Positions 1 to 11,832 of a stretch of DNA of 45,814 bases are shown piece by piece. How positions within the stretch are numbered: the stretch's first letter is position 1; the number at the start of each line of letters is the position of its first letter. The notes beneath the pieces were generated by a model. The model worked only from the letters and a program-made list of their open reading frames with translations. It did not search any database and was not told where the DNA came from. Origin of the DNA: Octopus bimaculoides (taxonomy: Eukaryota); the NCBI RefSeq assembly GCF_001194135.2, contig NC_068986.1, positions 52,917,322-52,963,135 on the forward strand, in the 5' to 3' direction. The translations under genes and the position numbers were made by a program.

Positions 1-139
1 ATTGAATGGATGGTTCTTATAAAGGGTTATTTCGTTGTATTAGCTGAAGTTCGGTTTTGATTGGTCTGGAGTTAGGTGAAATCAGCAACCGGTGTTTGTA
101 AAATTTCATTGGACTAGATGTAGGTAACCTCGGCAACTG

Positions 140-410
140 GTGTTTGGTGATTTTGAGTAGAGTTTGAAGACGAAAACTCAAAGAAGCTTGTCATGTGTGT
201 GTGTGTGTGTGTCCAAAACCACCACTTGAGAACTGATACCGATGTGTTCACGTCCCTGTAACTTAGTAGTTCGGCAATGGAGAACAATAGAATAAATCCG
301 AGACCTTAAAAAAATAAGAACTGGGGTTGATTGGCTCGACTAAAATTCTTCAAGGCGGTGTCTCAGCATGACCGCAGCCTAATGATTGCATCAAGTAAAA
401 GATAAAAGAT
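140..410 (+). mobile_element. SINE family A, degenerate copy (body, GT microsatellite, 3' tail)
   Basis: Tail ttcaaggcggtgtctcagcatgaccgcagc...aagtaaaagataaaagataa recurs at 20955-21105, 35598-35785, 40550-40660 and inverted at 4530-4650 and 34270-34345. Confidence 0.7.
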
Positions 411-433
411 AACTCTTTATATATACATATCAG

Positions 434-527
434 TGGATGGATGGATGGATAGATAGATACATACATACATACATACATACATACATACATACATACATAC
501 ATGCATACATACATGCATACATACATA
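434..527. repeat. (TGGA)n/(TAGA)n/(ATAC)n compound microsatellite
   Basis: Direct reading. Confidence 0.95.
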
Positions 528-999
528 AACAACTGATTGAAAACCCAGCATGACTGAAACAGTGAGCTGCGTTCTAAGAATCGTCTACGTAAAATAAATG
601 TGAAGAAAGACCGACCAAAAATTCCATGTCCCTTAGTCGCTGTCTTTTCTTGTTGATTTGTGTATCGTCCACTATTTCGATTATCTTTTACCTGACGTAG
701 ACGTGATTTGAATTTGTTGAAATAAACTGCAAAGAAAGAAATTTGAATTGCGGAGATATTGCGATGCACATAAATAAGAATTTTGGTCTAATGAATGGTG
801 ATCCTTAACATAAGACTGAGGCGAAGATCTATCATATATCTCACATATATTTAATAAATACACGCACACACATACAGACACAGACACTCACTAACATGTA
901 TATATACATACACATATGTCTGTTTGTGCGTGTCTCTGTATCACACATACACACAAACACACATATATATCTATATAAATATATTTATATATCTATCTA

Positions 1000-1438
1000 C
1001 AACACAAACAACAACAAGAATCATCATGATGGCAACATGAACGAACACACAAACACACAAAGATACAAGAACATCAAAGTGGAGGTCATAGAGAGCAGCA
1101 GTAACGACGGGCGGGGATGCGGGTGAGGGGAAGGTCAACTTACTAAAGATTGATGCCACTAGGAACAGTAGTAACGGTAACAACAACAATAACAACCACA
1201 ATGATACTATAGAGAAGAACGAACACACAAACACTGGGGATGGTAACAACAACAATAACGAAAACAACTATGAAAACATGCAAACCAACGTAAACATTAC
1301 TGACAACAACAATACACATAGAAACACCACCACCACGACTAGCTTGGCTTTCTCTAATCACGACATTGAAGTTATTGTAATTTCGTATTTTCTTAAGATT
1401 TTAGTCCATGCTGTGTGTGGAGAAGTTTGTAAATGAAT
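1000..1438 (+). other. Asn/Thr-rich low-complexity coding-like segment with a +1 frameshift
   Basis: Frame A reads ...NNNKNHHDGNMNEHTNTQRYKNIKVEVIESSSNDG. Frame B reads DAGEGKVNLLKIDATRNSSNGNNNNNNHNDTIEKNEHTNTGDGNNNNNENNYENMQ... The 17-mer aacgaacacacaaacac occurs at 1040 and 1218. Confidence 0.3.
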
Positions 1439-1837
1439 GATTCAACAAGTAGACGATTCTAAGGGAAGCGGAGGTAACTGGTGATCGTTATTATTGGGGA
1501 CAGGGAAAGTGATTCCTCATCTTTCAGGAATGGGATAAATAAATATATATACCCAAAAACTCAAAAACTAAAGTAGTTAAATGAAATATGTACAGTGATA
1601 GGTATGTGATCAGGAATTGAAATATATAATGAGCATCATTGTATCATAGCTAACATATACAGAACATTGAAAGGCAATATGTGATTTTGTCTAAGAGTTG
1701 TGTTAAAAATACAATATATATCGTCCCAGTTCAGAGTCTAGACTCACGAGGCTTTATCAATGACATGTACCTCACATGCCCAAACAAAATTAGTCCCGAT
1801 ATAGAGGAGAGAGTGAATATATTCACTGATTTTGTAG

Positions 1838-1960
1838 AAAGCTTACCCTGTGTCCACAATTGAAAGAGAGGCAAATTTAAGAAGACGACTGTCCTGCTAT
1901 GAAGGAGACAACTTCGACTCTTTCAACTCGGGAACTACAAGAATCAACGCAAACTTCTAG
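1838..1960 (+). CDS. Possible terminal coding exon of an unknown gene (KAYPVSTIEREANLRRRLSCYEGDNFDSFNSGTTRINANF*)
   Basis: Preceded by cactgattttgtag (branch-like motif plus AG). 40 open codons follow, ending in TAG. No homology recognised. Confidence 0.2.
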   Translation, partial: KAYPVSTIEREANLRRRLSCYEGDNFDSFNSGTTRINANF

Positions 1961-3072
1961 AAACTGCAGAAATCTCTAAGTAGCAGAAAAATCTTCCTCA
2001 AATATCCTATACAATATCTTATACAATGAGACGGATCAAACGCATGCAATACTTCCCATACATCCGGAATGAACAACAAACGCAATTCACCTTCAGTGAA
2101 TTGTAGTTCTAAACATTTAAAATCTAACATTACTAAATTGCACTATGAATACAGTTTTCCAATCGCTGAGAGATGTGCGTATGGGGGGGGGGGGAGGCGT
2201 GCATGTATGTGCGTGTGTATGTTTCTCGATATGCAGAACTTAAAAGTATGATCGATCAGAAATTATTGTGACGGAAAAATCATTAAACAGCCTCTAGCCA
2301 ATCATCGCGAGAGAACATCAATTGCAATCAAAACATATGAAATACGTTCAATAATGTTTCTGTTATCGCAGTTGTGCTGTAAGCAAGATGTGCGATCAAA
2401 GAACTTTTATCATTGCTCCAACTGTCTCACTTGAATTCCCCTTCGGCATAAATAAGTGTAAATATGAGTGAAGAAGTAAATTCGAAATTTAAATTTAGTT
2501 TAAATGTCTGTATTTAACTGCGAGCATTTATTAATGTAATGAATGATACTCTCTAAATGTGTAGGCTGGTGATGGGCTGCTTGACGAGAATAAATGGTAA
2601 AATATAAATATAAGATAGTCTAGTGAATATATTTAGAAGTTTTGTTCGTTTGTGACAAAACAAAACGCAAAATGTAATGCTGAAGGATGATACAAAAATA
2701 AAATAACCAAACTGTGATAGAGAAAAGAAATAAGAAAGAAGCTATTGAGAGATATAAAATATATCTGTTGTTTAATGTCACTAGATTAACTAAAAGATAA
2801 ATGAAAGAAAAGTTGGGAGAAATAGGGGGAAATTTCAGGATATAGTCATTGTTTTTGCTTTCGACCATTCATCAAACATGTTGAACATGAGACTGTTGCC
2901 CGGCATAGAGTGATTTCTCTCATTGTATGTAATGTGGCAGTTAGGATGCAGAGCTTTTATTCTTCTTTTTCTATTTGTTTTATTTAAAACTTGTTGTTTA
3001 AACCCTATGAGGCCTGATACAGCAAACTGGTGAACAAAGACATTTCAGACGACACTTTTGTTTTTTGAAATA

Positions 3073-3231
3073 TACCATATTTGATCGTGTATAAGTTGCA
3101 CTATTTTATACTGTGGTGCAACTTATATATGGGGCATAGTTGACATCAAGTTTGGATATAAAAGGAGAACATTTAATAGCAATATTTAACACTAAAGAAT
3201 GGGCGCGACTTATACACGAGTTAATAAGGCA
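3073..3231. mobile_element. MITE with ~29-bp imperfect TIRs (Tc1/mariner/pogo type)
   Basis: taccatatttgatcgtgtataagttgcac pairs with gcgcgacttatacacgagttaataaggca (about 22/29). An internal inverted copy gtgcaacttata is also present. Confidence 0.7.
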
Positions 3232-3577
3232 CTTAACGTAGTATTAGCTTTAGTTTGATAATGATGATGCTAACGTATTGGAAGTGAACAGTCCTACAGT
3301 GAACACATCAGGAAACAGAACACTTCCAAATACCAATAGAATTTATATCAAATACCTGAGATGAGCAAGATGTATAAATGAGTTAGTCTAGCCGGCAATA
3401 GGACGTCCTCGAGCATAAGACAGATGATGACGTTGTTAAATACTCACTTATATAACACTTTTCATATGTTCAAGTCTTTATTCTTTTTTGTTTGTACACA
3501 AATAGATTGAGAGAGAGAAAGAGAGGTGGAGAGAGATCGGCATACAGAGAAAATGTAAAACAGCATTTCAATATATA

Positions 3578-4121
3578 CAGGGTGTGATGGGTAAATTGTC
3601 ACCATTTTATATTTTTTATTTCGCTCAGTATAGTAGGGTTAGTTGGGCACCGTCTCTTACAAAAACAGCACTATGACCCAATTCATCCTACCATAAATTT
3701 GAACACGACACACTGTATTGCTTGGCATTCGCGCTGGAAACTCCAATACGAAAATTTCAGAGTGTTAGCGTGACAATCTGAGGACAGTGCATGTGCCTAG
3801 AGTGATAAAAATAAAACATCCAGTCAACATCATGATACTTGGAGTGATCAATAGTGATGGCAAAATTACGCCTCCATCCATCTTCCGACACGGCCTCAGA
3901 CTCAACACGGAGGCATACATCAAGTACCTGGAAAAGGTAGCGCTGCTCTGAATCAAGAGGATGGCTGCTAGGGGACCCTATGCCTGGCAACAGCACTCTG
4001 CACAATGCCACTCAAGCAAGAGAACCCAGTCATGACTGTCAGAAAATTTCTGCGACCACATCACTCCTAGCATCTGGCCACTTAACTCCCCAGACCGCAA
4101 CCCCCTTGATTATTACATATG
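3578..4121 (+). mobile_element. Internally deleted Tc1/mariner (maT/DD37D-like) element, copy 1; runs into an N gap
   Basis: TA plus TIR cagggtgtgatgggtaaattgtcacc. Translation HPVNIMILGVINSDGKITPP...AYIKYLEKV...YAWQQHSAQCH...IWPLNSPDRNPLDYY matches the DDD domain ending in a WPPNSPDLNPLDY-type motif, with in-frame stops. Confidence 0.85.
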
Positions 4122-4496
4122 NNNNNNNNNNNNNNNNNNNNNNNNNNNNNNNNNNNNNNNNNNNNNNNNNNNNNNNNNNNNNNNNNNNNNNNNNNNNNNN
4201 NNNNNNNNNNNNNNNNNNNNNNNNNNNNNNNNNNNNNNNNNNNNNNNNNNNNNNNNNNNNNNNNNNNNNNNNNNNNNNNNNNNNNNNNNNNNNNNNNNNN
4301 NNNNNNNNNNNNNNNNNNNNNNNNNNNNNNNNNNNNNNNNNNNNNNNNNNNNNNNNNNNNNNNNNNNNNNNNNNNNNNNNNNNNNNNNNNNNNNNNNNNN
4401 NNNNNNNNNNNNNNNNNNNNNNNNNNNNNNNNNNNNNNNNNNNNNNNNNNNNNNNNNNNNNNNNNNNNNTGTGTGTGTGTGTGTGTGTGTGTGTGC

Positions 4497-4529
<33 letters not shown>

Positions 4530-4532
<3 letters not shown>

Positions 4533-4650
4533 TCTATTTTTCTCTTACTTGCTTCAGTCATTTGACTGCAGCCATGCTGGAGCACCACCTTTAGTCGTAC
4601 AAATCGACCGCAGTACTTATTCTTTGTAAGCTTAATACTTATTCTATCGG
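4530..4650 (-). mobile_element. SINE family A, 3' part
   Basis: Reverse complement of the tail (gactgcagccatgctggagcaccacc). Confidence 0.7.
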
Positions 4651-4812
4651 GGACATTGCAAGATTCCTGATGTGAAATCGTGAGTTGAAACAGATATTGT
4701 TATATTTCGGGATGGTCATTTGTTTTTCTTTTTCTGCCAAATAAACATATGTACTGTAAATTCATTCTTCACTTTAGCGTTATTATTGTTCTTATTTTAG
4801 CCTTCTTTGTTT

Positions 4813-4847
4813 GAAATCTTTCGTCACACATCCTGTTACCTCTTCAG
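4813..4847 (-). ncRNA. Hammerhead ribozyme-like motif (minimal type I, degenerate stem II)
   Basis: Minus strand CUGAAGA-G-GUAAC-AGGAUGU-GUGAC-GAAA-GAUUUC. Confidence 0.55.
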
Positions 4848-4879
4848 CGACTCTTCATCCCATGTGGGATGCACAGCTG

Positions 4880-4914
4880 CTGAAGAGATCATAGAGTGTA
4901 TGACGAAAGATTTC
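4880..4914 (+). ncRNA. Hammerhead ribozyme-like motif (minimal type I)
   Basis: CUGAAGA-G(A)UCAU-AGAGUGU-AUGAC-GAAA-GAUUUC. G10.1-C11.1 plus 4 bp in stem II, candidate UUC cleavage triplet. Stem I is weak. Confidence 0.6.
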
Positions 4915-5129
4915 AGACGAAAGAGACTAAAATAAGAGCAATAATGAAGCTAGTGAAGAACGAATATATAGTACGTGTGTTTATTTGGCAAAACGAAATT
5001 ATCATCCAGAGCGATAGGTAATATTCATCTCCACCTTGACGTGGATGCTGTGTTAGAAAGCAGAATACTGCAGTATTTACCATAAGAGGACCTCTTATAT
5101 TTATGTATATGCATATATATGGGGGTGGT

Positions 5130-5166
5130 GAGAGAGAGAGGGGGAGAAAGAGTGAGAGAGAGAGAA

Positions 5167-5197
<31 letters not shown>

Positions 5198-5391
5198 AAG
5201 AGAGAGAGAGNNNNNNNNNNGAGTGAGAGAGAGAGAAAGAGAGAGAGAGAAAGAGAGAGAGAGAAAAAGAGAGAGAGAAAGAGATAGATAAAAGAGAGAG
5301 AGAAAGAGAGAGAGAGAATGAGAGAGAGAGAAAGAGAGAGAGAAAGAGAAAGAGAGAGAATGAGAGAGAGAGAAAGAGAGAGAAAAAGAGA

Positions 5392-5425
<34 letters not shown>

Positions 5426-5452
5426 AAGAGAGAGAGAAAAAGAGAGAGAGAG

Positions 5453-5506
<54 letters not shown>

Positions 5507-5507
5507 C
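5130..5507. repeat. (GA)n/(GAGAAA)n polypurine microsatellite
   Basis: Direct reading; includes a 10-N gap. Confidence 0.95.
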
Positions 5508-6680
5508 GTTAGTGTCTGTGTGCATTTAGAAACGTTGTTTTCCTTTTCCTCTGTTTATCTGTTTCTCTCCTCTCTCTCGCTCTTTGTCGCTATCAATTTA
5601 TCTATCCCTATCTATCCATAAATCTAAGTTTCCCTTACTCTCAGCTATATGCAAAAGAGAAAAACAAGGGAAGGTTCACTTCATGTGGCTAAAGAATTGC
5701 TTTGACCACGTAGCGGAATCTGCATTCATCATATCTTAACGCTTAGTATTGCTGCCGTAGAAGCTGAATAGGCAGCAAGCGATATCGAGTTTTCTAAGTT
5801 AGTGAGCCGTTTTTATAAATAGTCACCAATATGCAATCATTTTAATACACCGTCGATTAGAGTGAAAAACAAAACTAGTTATTTCAGTATTGATTAGTGA
5901 GTAATAATTACCGCGGAAAATGAATCACTGCTTTGTGTATACACAACTGCGATATTTGATTTTAGTAGGATGGTCATTTATGGTCAATGAATTAGTATTA
6001 GTCAATATNNNNNNNNNNNNNNNNNNNNNNNNNNNNNNNNNNNNNNNNNNNNNNNNNNNNNNNNNNNNNNNNNNNNNNNNNNNNNNNNNNNNNNNNNNNN
6101 NNNNNNNNNNNNNNNNNNNNNNNNNNNNNNNNNNNNNNNNNNNNNNNNNNNNNNNNNNNNNNNNNNNNNNNNNNNNNNNNNNNNNNNNNNNNNNNNNNNN
6201 NNNNNNNNNNNNNNNNNNNNNNNNNNNNNNNNNNNNNNNNNNNNNNNNNNNNNNNNNNNNNNNNNNNNNNNNNNNNNNNNNNNNNNNNNNNNNNNNNNNN
6301 NNNNNNNNNNNNNNNNNNNNNNNNNNNNNNNNNNNNNNNNNNNNNNNNNNNNNNNNNNNNNNNNNNNNNNNNNNNNNNNNNNNNNNNNNNNNNNNNNNNN
6401 NNNNNNNNNNNNNNNNNNNNNNNNNNNNNNNNNNNNNNNNNNNNNNNNNNNNNNNNNNNNNNNNNNNNNNNNNNNNNNNNNNNNNNNNNNNNNNNNNNNN
6501 NNNNNNNNNNNNNNNNNNNNNNNNNNNNNNNNNNNNNNNNNNNNNNNNNNNNNNNNNNNNNNNNNNNNNNNNNNNNNNNNNNNNNNNNNNNNNNNNNNNN
6601 NNNNNNNNNNNNNNNNNNNNNNNNNNNNNNNNNNNNNNNNNNNNNNNNNNNNNNNNNNNNNNNNNNNNNNNNNNNNNNNN

Positions 6681-6744
<64 letters not shown>

Positions 6745-6799
6745 ATACTAACATATATATGTATATATTCATATATGGGTACAGAACGTCACAAAACAT

Positions 6800-7100
6800 A
6801 AACATGAAATACGAAGACAAACTTTTTTTTTGCGAGCAACGAGAGAAACAAATGGGAAACAAGACGAGTTAGATAAAGAACGACCTGAATTTTATAACAT
6901 TTAGTACATGTTTCAAATAAATGTTGATTTTCTGTTACATTGGTGACGCATAGTAATTTTTACTAAACTGGTCACATTGCGACGCTGGAATATTTCTTTT
7001 GAAAATATTCCTTAAAATTTTTTTTATGGCACAACTATGCTACAGAAAGTATGTTTTGTACCTTTATTGACTACATTTCGTTTCGCTTGAACTTCGTGTG
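6800..7100 (+). mobile_element. Probable Helitron 5' non-coding leader, shared in inverted orientation with 12650-13050
   Basis: 6890-7001 aligns with the reverse complement of 12717-12835, including a perfect 21-mer agtaatttttactaaactggt. It lies directly upstream of the Helitron Rep remnant. Confidence 0.45.
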
Positions 7101-7229
7101 TGTGCATTTTACTGTTTTCAATATTATCAATTTTATGAGAATGTATGTATCTTTGAGTGCGTGTGGGATTCTGCATTCGTTACGCCTATAGTAAAAACCT
7201 TAGTGAAGGACATATTACGCTGTTTTAAT

Positions 7230-8971
7230 TATTCTACATCTAATGAATTAGTCATCATTATAGTGGGTGATCCTATTAAAATCGTGATATTCTTACTCGT
7301 GCTCGAAATAACAACCTTAAATGCATTTGAGAGACTCATCCCTCTTATGACACTCTCCCGTATCCTCTTATTTTGTGGAACGGACAACATGGGTAACATT
7401 CCAATATTCCAAAGATTGGACCTGCAACAGGTGAGCCAATTATAAACAAAAAGGTGTTGTCATATGACTTCTATTCTTAGCAACTGATGTTAAGACCAGA
7501 ACAATCAGATCAATTACACATGTATCGTAATCTATTTCAGCAATACCTAGTTGATATGTATGCTAAAGTTGAGAGCCAGCGTCTCCTCTACATTCTTAAC
7601 AGTCAAAAAAGTTAAAGGCTAAAAATTATGTTCATCTCCAAGATGCTGTGAGGACAGACGGTGATATTCAAAACAAGGGGCAACTTATGATGCTCCCATC
7701 ATAATTCACAGGTGATCTTCGAACACAACATGCTATGACATATGTCAGGACATATGGAAAACCAGGTCTTTTTGTCCCCATCACCTGCAATCCTAAATGG
7801 GATGAAATAAAATCTAAACTTCTTTCAGTGTTGCGCCTTCTGGTATTGCAGCTATCCTCCTCAATGAGGGAAGAAATGCTCATTTTATGTTCAATCTCCC
7901 TCTAAACCATGCAATGAAAGAATCTCAAATGTGCAACATTTCCAAAACTCTGCAACGGCAACAGTTATCCCACAAACTTGCCTCATTGTTTGGGATGACT
8001 GCACTGTTACATCGTGGAGTTCTAGGCGTAATTGACCCTACCCTCTAAGACATAAAAGCAATAGCACGTTCATGAGAGGAGTAAAAGTTCTTGCAGGGGA
8101 TTTGCGTCAAACGTTATCAGTTATCCCCAAAGGATCAAAAGCTGATGAAGTCAAAGCAGGCTTAAAAAAACCGTACCTTTCGAGACATGTGAAAAACCTT
8201 CATCTTACAAGGAACATCAGATTACTTCTACAAAGTAATCATACGAATTTCCTAAGATTGATAATGGGATATTAATATTCAACTCCTGACTTCAGCTGCA
8301 TGAATTTACATGTAGTCAAATGATACTTTCTCTTAGGGATCTTATGGATAAAGTATTTCCTAATTTACCTGTTAATTACACTGATATAAACTGGCTATGT
8401 GAAAGAGCTATACTAGTTCCAACTAATGAAATGGTTGATAAACTCAATCATGAACTTCTTCAAAAGTTAACAGATACATCAGAAATGACTTTTCTATCAA
8501 TTGACAACAGTCGATCAAGATCAGGTTGTTCAATACCCTGACAAATTTCTAAGCACACCGCATAACTTGACACTTAAACTGAGTGCTCCCATTATGCTGC
8601 TTAAGAATATTGACCCATCTCACCTGTGTAATGGAACTTGCTTAATTGTTACTTCCATGAAGCCCCATGTCCTACAGGCAACAATTATAACAGGCAATCA
8701 CAAAGGAGAAAATGTCTTTATTCCAAAAATTCTCATACTTACAGATGTTCCACTTCAGTTACCAGTCAAACTAAGTTTTGGTATTTTAATTAACAAATCT
8801 CAAGGTCAATCCCTTAAGGTAGTTGCATTTGATCTTTCTACTACATGCTTCTCCCACAGCCAACTCGATGTTGCTTGCTCGCGAGTTAGAAGTAGCAACA
8901 ATTTATTCATTTCAACACCAACAAAACATTACGTAGTGAATATTGTTTATCCTGAGGTGCTTCAAGATTGA
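7230..8971 (+). pseudogene. Helitron Rep-helicase pseudogene 1 (Rep N-terminal part fused by deletion to PIF1-like helicase)
   Basis: ETHPSYD..YPL, LFQQYLVDMYAKVESQRL, MLPS.FTG, TYVRTYGKPGLF..TCNPKW. Then SVAPSGIAA, LIVWDD, LAGDLRQ, ERAILVPTNEMV, PHNLTLK..PIMLLKNIDP..LCNGT, INKSQGQSL, FSHSQLDVACSRV. Many stops and frameshifts. Confidence 0.93.
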
Positions 8972-9029
8972 GATTCTCGGTTCGAAGTTCCATTATCATT
9001 ACAATTATATATATTTTTGATAGAATATA

Positions 9030-10110
9030 TTAGGTTGAGAACTTAGTTCCTACGGTTTTTTTTTTATATTTAAATTTTTTTAAAGGTTTAATAAAAAAAA
9101 TAACAACTAATTAATCAATAATGTATTCACCCTTGTTGTTTACTTCTTCCCAACGTTCAACAAGATTTTCAATATCTCGTTGGTAGAAATCACCCGATTA
9201 CGACTCGAAAAATTGATCCAACCAAGCTCTCAATTTAGCATCAGAATTGAATGAAATTCCGCGCATAGCATTTGAAAAGAGATCGAAAGAGATTGAAAAT
9301 CAGTTGGTGCCAAATCAGGAGAGTACGGCAGGTGTAGTAGCACTTCCCAGTCATGCGTTTCGAGGGCTTCCTTGGTCATATTGGCTATATGTGGGCGGGC
9401 CTTGTCGTGCAGCAGAAGAACTCCATTGTGACAATTAGATCTTTTCTCTTGAACAGCCGTGTTGAGTCGTTCCATCTGTTGAACATAGAGTTCCGCGTTG
9501 ACCATTTGATTGCGTTCAAGCAATTGGTAATGGATAATCCCTTCCCAATCCCTCCATACAGGCACCATTTTTCGTCGCCAGTAGCGATTTGGTAAAGAAA
9601 TCGTTGCTTGTGTCCATGAGTTGAGCGGTGACGAGCAAGCAAACCAGCGGAGATTGTGGCTCGTTGATTTTTGTTGTTGTCACTTAAAGCATGCAGTACC
9701 CATGCTCCATATCTCTGAACCTTTCCCATCGATTGAAGATGCTTCTCTCTAGCAGTGTGGAAGCATTCCATTTTTTCTGCCAGTTCCATTGTCGTTTGAC
9801 GAGACTTTTCGTGCAAAAGTTGGTTTAATCGCTCTACATCGAACTCAACTGAACGGCCAGTACGAGGTGCGTCTTTGAGGTCAAAATTTCCATTTTTTAA
9901 CTTGGCACACCAATCACGAGCGGTTCTTTCAGCTATGGCACCCTCACCATACAAAGTACAAATGTAGCGAGCAGCTTTTGCGGCCTTAAAACCTTGATTC
10001 AAAGCAAAAAGAAAGACGTGTCGAAAATGCTCGTTTTTCTTAACTTGACATTCCATTTTAATCATCTGAAAATAAATAAAATTTCACTAAAATTAACTAG
10101 AAAACAACAA
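9030..10110 (-). mobile_element. Mariner (DD34D) element with frameshifted transposase
   Basis: HTH region, WVLHALS (WVPHEL), TGDEKW, LLHDKARPH, HLPYSPDLAPTDF and a GEYIID end. TA-flanked TIR ttaggttgagaacttagttcc at the left end; the other TIR was not found. Confidence 0.93.
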
Positions 10111-10877
10111 AATAGATTCCAAAATGATGTAGATGGCCGCATACATGCAATCTCTACAATATGAAACAACATTGTAGTATCCTACCTCAATTGTTTACTC
10201 TTTCACTCACTCTTTCTTTCACTGACTTTTTCTCTCTCCCTCTCCCCATCACTTTAAATATATGTGTATATATATATATATATACATGGCTGTGTCGGTG
10301 CTTGTAAGTATCTATGCCTGTGTGTTTGTTGTGTGTGAGTGTGTAAAGAAACTAGGAGAGAGTCTGACGGATATGCGTCTGTATGGGAATGTGTGTATGA
10401 GCTCGAAGATATAGAATTAACCGCAACATCCTATACACGTCTTCTTCCCGATATGTGTTCCTAAAAAAGCTGTCAAGTTTAGATGATTTGTTGATTTTAT
10501 TTTTTCCCTAAGTGTTTTGATGTACGTTTTAGCATCGCATTTAATAATATAGTTGATATAAAAACAACATTAGAAATATCCCTGTCAAGTATAACTTCAG
10601 AATACGAATAGCTTTCATGTATGATCTAAATTAAGTAATAAAAGAAAATGAACGTGATGATAAGATCATAAAAGTCNNNNNNNNNNTTCGCATAGTAAGG
10701 GTTAGTTTGCGAATAGGTATGTAGATAGAGAGAGAGTGAGTGTGAGAGAAAGAGAGGGAGAGAGATGGTATACGTGTATACAAATGTGTATATACGCATC
10801 ATATATGTATGTGTGTATATATATACACGGACACACACATGTGCATATACACGCACGCACACACATGTGCAATGCAT

Positions 10878-10893
10878 CCCGGCGTTGCCCGGG
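10878..10893 (-). other. Helitron-type 3' terminal hairpin (cccgggcaacgccggg on the minus strand) of a non-autonomous element extending rightwards
   Basis: GC-rich palindrome cccgg-cgttgc-ccggg, typical of Helitron ends. 10960-11010 is also related in inverted orientation to 12855-12905. No intact terminal CTAG seen. Confidence 0.5.
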
Positions 10894-11832
10894 TGTTAAG
10901 ACCTACAGTCAGATTATATTATTTGTTCCTTTCTTATGGGCAAAATCAGCTACAAACTCTTAATGTTTTACTGTCGTCTGATGTTTCGCGCAGGCGTAGA
11001 ATTGTACTGAAATAGCAAAGGTAAAAAAATCATCCGACCACCAGAAAACCCGACATGCTAGAAACAATAAGCAAACGATATTATTTTTTTAAGAAACTTC
11101 TCCGCTTTGCAAAAAAAGCTAACAGTGAAACATCGGGAGTTTTTAGCTTTTTGAAAGTGGTGAGGTGATGGGTAAATGCTGGAGAAGGAGATTTTAGTGT
11201 TTCTTTAAGAAAAAAGAAAGAAGAACATTCTTAAAGATTCGTACTCTTTGTTGTTTTCTCCGTGGATTACCATGTGAAAAATTGCAAACCTGATTGTGAA
11301 GTCGTGAAGAAGTGTGTGCACGTATTTATATGATTAATGCGGGAAAAATGTATGAAAATGTACACATAAATATTGTATTAAAATAAGTTATCTTTACAGA
11401 CCATATTTGTAATTATCTATAGAATTGATAGCAAAGTGTGTAAAGAATTTTTTAAAATCCAGCTTTAGTCATATATCGATGAAGTTAGTGAAGTTGTAAC
11501 ATGTTATAGACAACATAATGTCTCCAAACATTATAAAGAGAAATTGGAAGACGGAGATTATGCCACTCTGTCAGTGAAAGTAATGAAGTGGAGTGGAAGA
11601 CGTAGCTTGTGAAATTAATGGCAAACTTATTTAGATTTACCATCCAAAAATGGCATACCTTCAGAAGTAGCCCTCACCTGAGTACATTTCCTCATAATAT
11701 GTAGAGAAATGGATGACTTTTAATGAATTTCTGTGGCTTCTACAGAGATTACGAATTTTCAAGAAAATTTTGATTTTAAAAATTTTTTGAAATAAACACT
11801 GAATTATCCTTCCCCTGAGACTCAAACTATAT

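Larger units (their letters stand above)
4707..5010. mobile_element. ~300-bp foldback made of two divergent copies of a Penelope-like terminal repeat
   Basis: Left and right arms align as inverted repeats (gccaaataaaca, cttattttag, tgaaatctttcgtca, ctcttcagc). Each arm carries a hammerhead-like core. Confidence 0.7.

Noticed and set aside
4667-4691. ctgatgtgaaatcgtgagttgaaac, a possible sixth hammerhead
   Set aside because: A9 and the G10.1-C11.1 pair are missing and stem II is unconvincing.
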